A DNA stretch of 64,000 nt from a bacterium (lineage in GTDB: Bacteria > UBA8248), in the NCBI GenBank assembly GCA_965221165.1, contig CBDCRP010000003.1, forward strand, positions 352,001 to 416,000, in the 5' to 3' direction. Numbering within the stretch: the first letter of the stretch is position 1; every line of letters begins with the position of its first letter. Shown one piece after another: positions 1-9,816 of the stretch. The notes beneath the pieces were generated by a model. It was not told the origin of the DNA. It did not search any database and saw nothing but the letters and a program-made list of their open reading frames with translations. A program made the position numbers and the translations under genes.

Positions 1-690
1 GACGAGGAAGGAATCCCCGGCGCCCCCATCGTCTTGATCGCAGGCTCCGATATGGACGTGGGCAAAACGACCTGCGCGTCTTCTCTCGCTTCCGCCTTGC
101 ACTCCTCGGGCATCCGCGCCTCATACGCGAAACTCACCGGAACGGGACGCATGCGGGATCTGATGGAGGTGAATTACGGGAGACCTCTCGGGTTTTTCGA
201 TTCCACGAGACTCGGCTGGGATTTCGTCGATGCGGGTCTATCCTCCACTTGCGCCGTCTCGATCAGCAGAGTCAGGCGATGCGCCCAGAATCTGCTTCGC
301 CACGCTTGTTCGAAAGCAGAGATTGTGATTGCGGAGTTGGCGGATTCCCCCTCCTCGGACGCCAGCCTCCACGTAGCGAGCGACCCCTGGGTGAAAAATT
401 GGCTTGCGCGCAGAGGCTTGATCATCTGCGCATGTGATACGCTGGAATCAACGCTCATCGTTCATTTGATCCGAAGCCACCTGGAGGTGGAGGAGGAAAA
501 CATGCTCATTTCCGGAAGACTCGCCAACGAAGAGCACGCACGCGAAGAGGCGTACCGCATGACGGGGATACGCGCCTTGAGTTGCATCGCTCCAAACCGC
601 TCCTCTCTCGCCAACGACAAGGCCGTTGGCGGCGCAATTGCCGACTGGGTGGTCAAACATTTCATGCACCAGCGCAAATCCACGTTCTGA
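1..690 (+). CDS. DUF1611-family P-loop protein, 5' end outside window
   Basis: Frame is open from base 1. Motifs GSDMDVGKTT (P-loop), AKLTGTG, DFVDAGLSST and IVIAELAD match the DUF1611 C-terminal pattern as I recall it. Confidence 0.65.
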   Translation, partial: DEEGIPGAPIVLIAGSDMDVGKTTCASSLASALHSSGIRASYAKLTGTGRMRDLMEVNYGRPLGFFDSTRLGWDFVDAGLSSTCAVSISRVRRCAQNLLRHACSKAEIVIAELADSPSSDASLHVASDPWVKNWLARRGLIICACDTLESTLIVHLIRSHLEVEEENMLISGRLANEEHAREEAYRMTGIRALSCIAPNRSSLANDKAVGGAIADWVVKHFMHQRKSTF

Positions 691-707
691 GAATCAAGAG
701 CGAAACC

Positions 708-2324
708 GTGCCCCCGCATAAGACATCAAATCATTCACCCATCGGCCGGGACCCTTCTCTCTACCATCTCACGCCCGATGCGAGCGGCGGCGTCTGGGAT
801 TTATACCGGGTGAGCGAAGAATTCGATTCGCACCCCGGCGATTTGAACGAGACCCTGATCGACAGTCTCAATCACTGGGCGTCACGAGAGCCCGGGTTCG
901 CAAATCTGCGCATCCGGGAAGACGCGCCGCCCACCCGGCGTCCGGGAGAAATCCTTTTGCTGGACGGCTCTCCGAGCCGACTGCCCCTCACCATGGAAAC
1001 GGCGCGGGTGATGAGCGCGCATTTGAACCGCCTGGGACTGTCCATCCCCGTCAGGGTTCTGAACCGCAGAGAAGAGCTTTTGGCGCGCGCCTCCAGGGCG
1101 CCCGGAGAACTGCTCGTCATCAGTCAGACGGCTCAAAGAAGCCTGTACGACGCCACCCTGGCAAAGGTTCTGGAGTCCCGGGGAGTCGTCGTCGCACCAG
1201 GGCCGCTCACCGCCCCCGGCGGACCGCTGTCGAACAAAAAAACCACTTATGAACTCTTGAATGGAAACGGTGCGAACGAGAAAAACCCGGCGGCGAATGG
1301 TCATGGGCATCGGCTGACGGCCGATTACGAGGTGGTGGAACTAAACGGTGGAGGGCCGGAAGGCGCCGCCGCCGCCATTTTGGATGCAGCGTCCGCACTG
1401 GCGAAGAAATGGGGTACGCGCACGTTCTTCGTCAAACCCCAGGAAGGCGGTGGCGGGCGCGGATGTTTTCGGCTCGATGTCTACCCCGGCGGATTCGGGC
1501 TTCCGGATTTAACCAAACTCGGAATCGCCGCGGACAAGATGATGCCCCTGCCCTTGTCTCTCGACCCCGAGAACCACGACCACCTCCAGGCGATAGGCTG
1601 GCTCGCAGATCGTTTCCAGGCCAGCCCGCCGACCTCGAAAGCCTACATCAAGACCCGAAAAGCGGGAGACGACGACTTCCCGGACGTTTTGGGGAAAATG
1701 CTCAAAAACTGCGCGCCCAGGCTCGAGTCCGGGCTGCGTGAGTCATCACGCTCCCGGGAAGATTCGATTCGCCTCCTGGCGAGCGCCATCGAGAACTACG
1801 AGCAGGCATTCGACGCCCGCTACCTCCCCTTGATATGCAACTGGATTGATTTCGGCCTGTTCAGCGTTCGAGTTCATCTCAGGCTCAGCCGTCAGGGACC
1901 GGTTGTGGAAACGCTATACGCCAGGCTGTTCCCGGTGGAGTTTTCCGATGATTCCATCGGTGTCGTCGGTGTGGACAGCATCACGAACCGCACCGAAGGT
2001 GGAATGGAACTGAACCGCTACGCGCCTTTGGTCCCCGCCCTGGTCGCATACGCGGGAGGCGCCGAGCAATTGTGCGAAAAGATTCGGGGCGCCTTCTATG
2101 CGTTTGCGCGCTTTTTGTCTCTCGTCGGCGCCTGTGAGCGCGGCAGAATTCCGGTTCGGGCCGAATTCGACCTCTCGCCACTGAACGGTCTGATCGCCGA
2201 GGGCAACGCCGACCCCGTCCGCGCCCAATGCGCCAACAGCCGTTGGGAGAGATTTTCCGAAAACTGCGTGGCGTGGGCGGAGGACGCCTTGTCGTTCTAC
2301 TCATGGAAATCTCAAAAATTCTAA
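708..2324 (+). CDS. ATP-grasp-fold ligase-like protein of unknown specificity
   Basis: Motifs LSNKKTTYELL, FFVKPQEGGGGRG and C-terminal EFD...IAEGN. GTG at 708 chosen because it lies just past the upstream stop (ORF track start 582 overlaps the upstream gene). Confidence 0.6.
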   Translation: MPPHKTSNHSPIGRDPSLYHLTPDASGGVWDLYRVSEEFDSHPGDLNETLIDSLNHWASREPGFANLRIREDAPPTRRPGEILLLDGSPSRLPLTMETARVMSAHLNRLGLSIPVRVLNRREELLARASRAPGELLVISQTAQRSLYDATLAKVLESRGVVVAPGPLTAPGGPLSNKKTTYELLNGNGANEKNPAANGHGHRLTADYEVVELNGGGPEGAAAAILDAASALAKKWGTRTFFVKPQEGGGGRGCFRLDVYPGGFGLPDLTKLGIAADKMMPLPLSLDPENHDHLQAIGWLADRFQASPPTSKAYIKTRKAGDDDFPDVLGKMLKNCAPRLESGLRESSRSREDSIRLLASAIENYEQAFDARYLPLICNWIDFGLFSVRVHLRLSRQGPVVETLYARLFPVEFSDDSIGVVGVDSITNRTEGGMELNRYAPLVPALVAYAGGAEQLCEKIRGAFYAFARFLSLVGACERGRIPVRAEFDLSPLNGLIAEGNADPVRAQCANSRWERFSENCVAWAEDALSFYSWKSQKF

Positions 2325-2419
2325 GTTAGAATCAAGCGGTTCAGCATCGCCTATGTTCCTGGAACCTCAGAGGGCGAGATACGCGCGAACCCTCATCCGT
2401 CGCCCTAAAAGTGGTTGCC

Positions 2420-5400
2420 ATGGCGAAGTTCCTCAAAAAGGCATTCAACATCCAGCAGGAAGAACTGCTCGTTTTCTCCGTGTTCTTCCTGTTCTACTTC
2501 CTGATCGGGATCCAGTTCTCCATCGGCCTCACCGTATCCGAAGCATTGTTCCTCTCCGAAGTCGGCCCCGGTTTTCTCCCCTACATGTATATATTCAACG
2601 CGCTGGTGATTATTTTCATCAGCACTTTCTACTCCTCCCTGACCGAGAAGCTATCCATTCCGGCGATGTTCAAGGTCGTTTTGATTTTTTTCATCGCGCT
2701 CGTCTTCGGCATCAAGCTGCTCATCTTCGCCGATTTCCGCGCCTACGCCATGCCCATCGCATTCCCGCTTCTCCACACGCTGTTCGTGATGTTCACGAAC
2801 ATGCTGCCGAACAATTTCCGCGCCCTGTACGGGCAGTATCTCGACGTCCTGCAGTCTAAGCGGCTGGTTCCGATTATTCTGACGGGAGGCCGCTACGGCG
2901 GCATACTGGGCGGCCTGGCCATTCCGGTGCTCATTCCCGTCCTGGGGAGCGTCTCGAATCTGCTCTACGTGTGGATTGGAGCCATCATCATCAGCATCGG
3001 GGTGGTGCAATACGCCGAATGGCGGCTGCGCGACCACCTCATCGAGGATGCGCGTCCCAAAAAGCGCAAGACGACGAAGACGGCGTCGAGAGAAGGCAAT
3101 CTCGCACTCGTCAGGACGAACAGATACGTGTGCGCATTCGCCCTGTTCAGCTTCATCGTGGTGATTCTCAGAAGTTTTCAGGATTTTCAGTACAGCCTCG
3201 TCTTTCGTGAAGTCTTTGCCGATCGCGCGCAACTCGCCTCGTTTCTCGGGTATTTCACCGCCATCGGAAGCGCTTTTTCCCTTATCGTTCAAACGTTCAT
3301 CACCCCGCGCATCATCAAGCGGCTCGGCTTGGGCACGGCGAACCTCCTATACCCGCTGACCACCATCGTCGGCCTCATCGGCATGGCGATTTCGCCCGGC
3401 TTCTATTCCGCCGTTTTCCTGCGGTTCAACAACAAAAACCTCCAGGAATCCATCAGAAACGCCATCAACGCCCTGCTCTACAACGCCGTTTCCCCGTCGA
3501 TCCGCGCGCGGGTGGGCGCGTTCGTCGCAGGCCAGGTGGTCGCCGTGGCCAGCATCGTCAGCGGCGTCGCCCTGCTCATCATCAAGCCGACCGGCCTCGC
3601 TCTTTTCCCGCTCAGCCCCGGCTGGGTGGCTCTCATCTCTCTTTTCATCGCGTTCGCCTACCTGGCCACCGGCTTCTTCGTGCGCCATGAATACGGCGCC
3701 GCCCTGCGCAGGATGCTCGAAGAGAGAAATCTCGGGTTGTTCCGCTACGCCCAGGAGGGGTTCGGGCCGATTGACGATGAGAGCATGGCGATACTCGGAA
3801 GGAACATACGCGAGGGGGATGACGATCTGTGCGTCTTCACCGCCCAGATTATGGCCGATAGCGGCAGAAGGGAAACTTTCCAGATTATTCTCGAAGAAAT
3901 TCCCCGGCGGAAAGGATATGCGGCGGCCGAATTGCTGAAAATTCTCGCCAAGGTTCCCGGGGCCGAAGAAGGCGAGAAAATACGGGCTTTGCTGGAAGAA
4001 TATCTCACCTCAGAGGAGCCCGCCATTCAATGCGCCGCGATGGATGCGGCGGAAACTCTCGGGCTGAACGACGAGACGGCGGATTTGGTTCATGAGAATC
4101 TCGAGAGCCGCTCCCCGGAAGTCAGAGCACGCGCCGTTCAACTGCTGGTGCGCTCCGACGATCTGTTCTGGCTCGCCAACGGCCTGCAGACACTGCACCT
4201 GATGCTCAACGAAGAAGACCCGGCGGCCAGGGTTTGCGCCTTGCGATGTATGGGAGAACTCCAGAATCCGCGCTTCATCAAGCGGTTGATTCCCTATCTC
4301 TATCAGGAGGAGGAGAAAGTCCGCGAAGCCGCATTGGGGGCGATAGAATCATTGGCCATGAACCAGGAGGTCGATGAGGAGAAGATGGAGGAAGTCATCC
4401 GCGTGGCCACCTCGGACAAGAGCGCGGCGATCAGGCGCAGAGGGGTCCGGCAATTAGGCAACAATGGCGCGCGGGAGAATTTCGAGCTCACCCTCGCCGC
4501 CCTCTCTGACGTCGATTCGCTGGTGCGAGGAGAGGCCGTCGCCTCCCTGAAAAACATGAAACGCAAAGGAACCCTCTCTCTCGAAGGCTCCGCTCTGGTT
4601 TCATTCGTCGTCCCGTTTTTGTTCAAAAACGCAAAAAACGGCTCCCGGGAGATGAGCGCGCAGGAAATCGTCGATTCCCTCTCCGCATTCGCCGTGGAAC
4701 ACCTGAGGGAAGTGTACGACGTCATCAATCACCTCCACGTCATAGAGAGCCGGGAAAACGCATCCGCTTTCACGATGTTGAGAAAAGCGCTCGAAGACGT
4801 CGTCGAGGAAAGGCAGCTCGTCCTGCTGGAACTGCTGGGCGTGATTGGGGATGAGAAAACGGTGGACACCGTGGCGGAATCCCTCGCCCGGGGAGGTTCT
4901 TCCTCGAGAGCGATCGCCATCGAGACGCTCTCGAATTTCTCCTCGGCCGGCAATACGAGACTCTTGATTCTGGCTCTCGAGCCTTTGCTTCTCGGGAGTT
5001 CGACCGCCGATAAAGTTTCCGAAGGCAGGAAACTCTGGGAAATCCCCGAACAATCGATTGACGACGTGCTGAGGACATACGTGAATTCCGGGAACACGTG
5101 GCTCCGGGCCATCGCCATCGATGCGGCGGCGAAACACATCGAAAGCGAAGCCGGTGGCCCAACCGCCGAATGGTGCGCGCAATGCCGGGAGCGAGCGGCT
5201 GATGAGGACCCGTTCATCCGAGAGGCGGCGGTTGCCGCCTTGAGGATTATCGGGAAAGATGAAGACGGGGTTGAGGCGTTTTTGAGAACCATGGAGAATG
5301 ACGAGAGTCAACTGGTGCGCATTCAGGTGCGCCGCGAGCACACCCGTTATGGAGCACTTGGCGAAAATCTGTCCGGACAGGAGAAATTCATGCTCTCGAC

Positions 5401-5818
5401 CATTGAAAAAGCCCTGTTTCTCAAAGGCGTCAACATGTTCGAGACGATGAGCGCGGATGAACTGAAAATACTGAGCAACATTTCCAGGGAAGTCCAGATC
5501 CAGGAGGGAGCGGTTCTTTTCGAGCAGGGAGACCCCTGCGATTATCTCTATGTCATCGTCGACGGAGAAATAGAAATCATCCTGAACCAGGAGAGCGGAG
5601 AGCCGAAGGTACTGGCCACGCTCGGCCCTACGGCCTCCTTCGGGGAAATCGCGCTGTTCGGCGATGAGGGCAGAAGCGCAGGTGCGCGCGCGAGCAAGGA
5701 CGCCTCCCTGCTGGGCATCGAGAAAGACCCTCTTTTGCAACTGATCCACGAGCACCCCACCATCTCCATAGCCATTATCGGCCAACTCGCCAGCATCATT
5801 CGAAGCCAAAACGGATAG
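2420..5818 (+). CDS. Npt/TLC-like (ATP/ADP translocase-type MFS) transporter fused to HEAT repeats and a C-terminal cyclic-nucleotide-binding domain
   Basis: About 420 aa multi-TM N-terminus, HEAT-like repeats (D/E..VR..A...L), and a cNMP domain (LFEQGD...LYVIVDG...FGEIAL...RSA). Confidence 0.8.
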   Translation: MAKFLKKAFNIQQEELLVFSVFFLFYFLIGIQFSIGLTVSEALFLSEVGPGFLPYMYIFNALVIIFISTFYSSLTEKLSIPAMFKVVLIFFIALVFGIKLLIFADFRAYAMPIAFPLLHTLFVMFTNMLPNNFRALYGQYLDVLQSKRLVPIILTGGRYGGILGGLAIPVLIPVLGSVSNLLYVWIGAIIISIGVVQYAEWRLRDHLIEDARPKKRKTTKTASREGNLALVRTNRYVCAFALFSFIVVILRSFQDFQYSLVFREVFADRAQLASFLGYFTAIGSAFSLIVQTFITPRIIKRLGLGTANLLYPLTTIVGLIGMAISPGFYSAVFLRFNNKNLQESIRNAINALLYNAVSPSIRARVGAFVAGQVVAVASIVSGVALLIIKPTGLALFPLSPGWVALISLFIAFAYLATGFFVRHEYGAALRRMLEERNLGLFRYAQEGFGPIDDESMAILGRNIREGDDDLCVFTAQIMADSGRRETFQIILEEIPRRKGYAAAELLKILAKVPGAEEGEKIRALLEEYLTSEEPAIQCAAMDAAETLGLNDETADLVHENLESRSPEVRARAVQLLVRSDDLFWLANGLQTLHLMLNEEDPAARVCALRCMGELQNPRFIKRLIPYLYQEEEKVREAALGAIESLAMNQEVDEEKMEEVIRVATSDKSAAIRRRGVRQLGNNGARENFELTLAALSDVDSLVRGEAVASLKNMKRKGTLSLEGSALVSFVVPFLFKNAKNGSREMSAQEIVDSLSAFAVEHLREVYDVINHLHVIESRENASAFTMLRKALEDVVEERQLVLLELLGVIGDEKTVDTVAESLARGGSSSRAIAIETLSNFSSAGNTRLLILALEPLLLGSSTADKVSEGRKLWEIPEQSIDDVLRTYVNSGNTWLRAIAIDAAAKHIESEAGGPTAEWCAQCRERAADEDPFIREAAVAALRIIGKDEDGVEAFLRTMENDESQLVRIQVRREHTRYGALGENLSGQEKFMLSTIEKALFLKGVNMFETMSADELKILSNISREVQIQEGAVLFEQGDPCDYLYVIVDGEIEIILNQESGEPKVLATLGPTASFGEIALFGDEGRSAGARASKDASLLGIEKDPLLQLIHEHPTISIAIIGQLASIIRSQNG

Positions 5819-5944
5819 TCTCCGGGCAGGGTCGGCGAGGGGCATGGACACCCGCCGCCGCCTGCGGGAATCACCATGTATTCTCAGCGCATTCTTCCCG
5901 TATTCACAAGGAATTAGGCTAAATTAAAACTATTCGCACTATGG

Positions 5945-5973
5945 TTGACGCCCGCCCTGCCGATACCTATAAT
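5945..5973 (+). promoter_or_regulatory. sigma70-type promoter of the multiheme cytochrome gene
   Basis: TTGACG-17 nt-TATAAT. Confidence 0.75.
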
Positions 5974-6043
5974 CAGCCGGATTTTAGCGAGGAAACCAGC
6001 AATTTCCGCTCAGAATGCCGGTGTGGGGGAGCATTTTTTCACA

Positions 6044-8956
6044 ATGCAAGGTCGAGACTTCAAGCCTCCGGAAGAGAAAACCAGTCCTATCCCGTTTTTC
6101 ATTCTAGGACTCATCATGGTCGCCGTAACGTTCTGGACCGTATGGGACGAAGCGTTCACGCGCAGACCCTGGAAACAGTACCAAAAAAAGTTCAACGCCT
6201 ATGAGAAAGCCCAGGTAGAGAAAGAACTAGCCGGTCTCAGAAAAGCCACCGGCTCCAGGGTTTCCGATCTCGACAAGAAAATCGCCGCCCAACAAGAAAA
6301 ACTCGCCGGCGACGCAGAACTCGAAAGCCTCAAGGAAGAACTCGCGAAGAGCGAACTCGACGCCTTCGAGAAAGTACAGGAGCTAGGCATCAGGAAAGCC
6401 CTCTACGATCAGTCCTACTTCTCTCTCCAGGAAGCCATCCGGCAAGGGCACGACAACCAGGCCGAGCAAAAAGAAGTCGATGAGGCCAAGGCCCTGCTCG
6501 ACCAGGCAAAGCCCCTCGCGGAAAAGGCGGAAGCCGCGAGAGACGCGATAAAGGCGAAGATCGCGGCCAAGGAAAAAGAACTGACGACGCTCGAGGCGAC
6601 GAGGCGACAGGCAGCGAGCGCGATTTCCTTCCAGGAACGGCGCCTCCAGGGCATCGCCCGCCGTACTTACGACATCGACCAGCTCGTCCTGCGCGAATAC
6701 GAGCGAAACAATTTCAACGAACCGGTGATGAAGGTGGAGCGGTGCCAGACGTGCCATCTGGGAATCAACAGGGCGGGCTTCGAAAACGCGCCGCAACCAT
6801 TCCGCACGCACCCCAAAAGACGCCTCTACCTCTCGAAGCATGAATTCAACAAAGTCGGCTGCACGCTTTGCCACGGCGGACAGGGGACGGCCGTCACCAG
6901 CGTCGATAAAGCCCACGGACACGTGCAATTCTGGGAAGACCCCCTTCTGCACGGCAGCGAATCGCAGACCAAATGCAAAAGTTGCCACACCGAAATCTTC
7001 AACATCCCGGAAGCGCCCAAAATTTCACGCGGAATCTCTCTCGTTCGGGAATTGGGGTGCAACGGCTGCCACACCCTGCCGGGCACGGAAGGCTTGCGCA
7101 AGGTGGGGCCTGACCTCTCGAGAATTCAGGAAAAAGTGGCCCCCGGCTGGCTCGTCTCCTGGGTCAAGAAACCGAAAGACTACAATCCGCGAACCCGCAT
7201 GCCTTATTTCAGCCTGACGGAGGAGGAAGCATTCGACATCTCCACATACGTCTGGCGGCAAGGCCCGCGGAAAGTGGAATCGGCCAAAATTCCGAATCTC
7301 GACGGCTCCGCGCAGATTCAAAATGGAAAGTCTATTTTTGAGTCCGTCGGGTGTCTGGGTTGTCACATCCGCAACGAAAAAGACCTGGAACTCGGCCCCC
7401 CGCTCGAGGGCGTGAACGGCAGACCCATCGTTTACCGCAACCGCGATTTCGCTCCGGCCCTGCAAAACATCGGCGCGAAGATTCAACCCGATTGGCTGTA
7501 CCGATGGCTCAAGAACCCCAAAGCGTACTGGCACGACACCAAAATGCCCAGCCTCCGCCTCTCGGATGAGGAAGCCCATGCGGTAACCTCCTACCTCGTC
7601 AGCCTCACGCCTCCCTCGAAGCGCCCGAAACCCCGGAAACTGGGGGACGCGGCTTCGTTCGAGCGAGGCAAGAAACTCGTGGCGACGCGCGGCTGCTTCG
7701 GCTGCCACGTCATCCCCGGTACGGAGACGCTCTCTAAAACCGGACCGGACCTGACCCGTTTCGCCGCCAAAAAGCCGTTCGAGCTCTCATTCGGCAACGT
7801 GGTCGACATGCCCCATACGTGGGAGTCATGGACGTTCGGCAAGCTGAAAAACCCGAAACTCTACCAGACGGAGCGCGAAACGCTCCTGATGCCGAATTTC
7901 GAATTCTCGGATGCGGAGGTTTCCTCCATGCGCACCCTGCTGCGTTCCATGATGCCGCACGGCGCGCCGCACAGCATTCACCAGGTACTCGACACCCGCG
8001 CGAAGCGAATCGAAAAAGGCCGCCGGATGATCGAGAAATACAATTGCAACGGCTGCCACGTCATCGAGAACTGGGGGGGCGACCTCCTCAGGCGTTATGA
8101 AGAGAAAACGAACGGCCCGCCCCTGCTGAACGGCGAGGGCAAAAAGGTGCAGCCCGAGTGGTTCTTCGGCTTCCTGCGCAACGTCGTGACGCTCAGGCCC
8201 TGGCTGAAGGTACGGATGCCCAGCTTCCAGATGCCGAATGAAGATGCAGCCGCGCTCGTGGATTACTTCGCCGCGCTGGACTCGAAACTCAACCCCTACA
8301 CCCATTTCGACGTCAAAACCGTGAGCGAGGAAAACCTGAAAGCCGGAAAAGAACTCTTCTCCAAAGCGGACTGCCTGGCCTGTCATGGAGAATCGCCGCC
8401 TCCAGCGGGGGAAGAACCTCCGACGGCGCCGAACCTCCTGTTCGCCAAGAACCGCCTCCGTTCGGACTGGATTGTCGATTGGCTCATATACCCGGGCAAG
8501 CTGCAGCCGGGAACCAAAATGCCCAACTTCTTCGAAGGCGCGGGCATTCAGGCCGAAATCCTAAAAGGGACCAGAGGCGAGAAGGAAGACGGGCAGTTCA
8601 CCTACGAGTTGGAGGCCAGCAAAGAAGCCGAACTGGCGGAAGAGCAGTTCGCCACCTTGCGGATCGGCGGCAACACCCACCTCGTGAAGGTGACGGGTCT
8701 CGATGAGAAAAAGGTGACCATCTCCTCCCCCACCGATCTGGGGAAAACCATCGGCAAGGCTACGATAGAGAGCCACGGCGAGCCCATCGACGAAGAACTC
8801 CTCGGTGGAGATGCGTACCGGCAAATTCGCGCGATGCGAGACTACCTGATGATCGAGAAGAATTTCGTAAAGGCCGCCGAATCCAGCGCCAAGAACGAAG
8901 CGCCCCGGACGGCGAAGCCCGAAAAAGAGGCCAAGGCGGACGCATCGCCAAGCTAA
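6044..8956 (+). CDS. Membrane-anchored octaheme c-type cytochrome with coiled-coil stalk, probable cytochrome c subunit of a Rieske/cytochrome b complex
   Basis: Eight CxxCH motifs (CQTCH, CTLCH, CKSCH, CNGCH, CLGCH, CFGCH, CNGCH, CLACH), N-terminal TM helix, repeated W...P....P.T.MP axial-Met motifs. ATG 6044 follows GGGGGAG and lies downstream of the promoter. Confidence 0.88.
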   Translation: MQGRDFKPPEEKTSPIPFFILGLIMVAVTFWTVWDEAFTRRPWKQYQKKFNAYEKAQVEKELAGLRKATGSRVSDLDKKIAAQQEKLAGDAELESLKEELAKSELDAFEKVQELGIRKALYDQSYFSLQEAIRQGHDNQAEQKEVDEAKALLDQAKPLAEKAEAARDAIKAKIAAKEKELTTLEATRRQAASAISFQERRLQGIARRTYDIDQLVLREYERNNFNEPVMKVERCQTCHLGINRAGFENAPQPFRTHPKRRLYLSKHEFNKVGCTLCHGGQGTAVTSVDKAHGHVQFWEDPLLHGSESQTKCKSCHTEIFNIPEAPKISRGISLVRELGCNGCHTLPGTEGLRKVGPDLSRIQEKVAPGWLVSWVKKPKDYNPRTRMPYFSLTEEEAFDISTYVWRQGPRKVESAKIPNLDGSAQIQNGKSIFESVGCLGCHIRNEKDLELGPPLEGVNGRPIVYRNRDFAPALQNIGAKIQPDWLYRWLKNPKAYWHDTKMPSLRLSDEEAHAVTSYLVSLTPPSKRPKPRKLGDAASFERGKKLVATRGCFGCHVIPGTETLSKTGPDLTRFAAKKPFELSFGNVVDMPHTWESWTFGKLKNPKLYQTERETLLMPNFEFSDAEVSSMRTLLRSMMPHGAPHSIHQVLDTRAKRIEKGRRMIEKYNCNGCHVIENWGGDLLRRYEEKTNGPPLLNGEGKKVQPEWFFGFLRNVVTLRPWLKVRMPSFQMPNEDAAALVDYFAALDSKLNPYTHFDVKTVSEENLKAGKELFSKADCLACHGESPPPAGEEPPTAPNLLFAKNRLRSDWIVDWLIYPGKLQPGTKMPNFFEGAGIQAEILKGTRGEKEDGQFTYELEASKEAELAEEQFATLRIGGNTHLVKVTGLDEKKVTISSPTDLGKTIGKATIESHGEPIDEELLGGDAYRQIRAMRDYLMIEKNFVKAAESSAKNEAPRTAKPEKEAKADASPS

Positions 8957-8970
8957 ACTTGAATTTCTCG

Positions 8971-9006
8971 AAAAAAAAAAGCGCCTTGAGTGAGGCGCTT
9001 TTTTTT
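8971..9006. terminator. Bidirectional rho-independent terminator
   Basis: A10-GCGCCT-loop-AGGCGC-T8 between convergent genes. Confidence 0.85.
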
Positions 9007-9694
9007 ATTCCATTTTTCGCCTTACCCTCTCCTCGTTGACGCGCTTGTGGGCTGCGCGTATCACCTCGGGCAGGCGGTACCGGCGAGTGGTCTCCAGCAC
9101 CCAGTGCACCGAACCTTCGATGTCGACCCCATGCCCGGGAGATACATATACGGGCTTCACGCCCCGCCTCGTCCTGAGAACGGCACCTACCCTCCGCCCA
9201 TCCGGCGCATGGAGGTATCGCCAATCCCCCTTCTCCTCGCCCGGCGGCTCTACGGCGTCGCCGAACAAGCGGCTTTTGGCGCACCCGATGGAAGGAAGCT
9301 CCAGGCGCAGGCCCAAGTGTGCGGCGATTCCGAGCCCCCTGGGATGGGCCGTGCCCTGGCCGTCGAAGATGACGAGGTCCGGTTTTTCGCCTAAACCCAA
9401 AAAAGCTTTTTCGAGCAGAAAACCTTCCCTGAAAGAGAGCAGCCCCGGCACGTAGGGGAATCGCAATTCCCCACCATAGAACGATTCATCGACAATCCGC
9501 ATGTCCGGCCAAGAGAAAACGACCACCCCGCCCACGCCGAACTTTCCGCGCCATTCACAAGAGACGTCCGCGCCCGCAATTGTTTTGGGCGGGCCCGACA
9601 GCGGGTGTAAGGCCAGGCGTTTTTGAAGCGCCTTTTGGACCCGAATCGCCTCGGCAGGTGCAATCTCCCAGGAATGGAGGAGCAAATCCGTCAT
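9005..9694 (-). CDS. nfi: Endonuclease V (deoxyinosine 3' endonuclease)
   Basis: Motifs IAGADVS, FPYVPGLLSFRE, DGQGTAHPRGLGIAAHLG, IGCAKS, YVSPGH, RLPE. Confidence 0.95.
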   Translation of the reverse strand: MTDLLLHSWEIAPAEAIRVQKALQKRLALHPLSGPPKTIAGADVSCEWRGKFGVGGVVVFSWPDMRIVDESFYGGELRFPYVPGLLSFREGFLLEKAFLGLGEKPDLVIFDGQGTAHPRGLGIAAHLGLRLELPSIGCAKSRLFGDAVEPPGEEKGDWRYLHAPDGRRVGAVLRTRRGVKPVYVSPGHGVDIEGSVHWVLETTRRYRLPEVIRAAHKRVNEERVRRKME

Positions 9695-9816
9695 GTATGC
9701 GTCATCGATTCATGAAGCGGGCCGGAAGTTCGCGCGCCGTTTTTGTTGGCGGCGAAAGGTTTATGGATGCCTGTCCGGATGAAACGCCGTCGCTCCGGCT
9801 CAGAGAGAAACAGGGC

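Noticed and set aside
5945-6043. ORF-track TTG start of the cytochrome at 5945
   Set aside because: That TTG is the -35 box of a near-consensus promoter. ATG 6044 has an RBS and lies downstream of the predicted transcription start.
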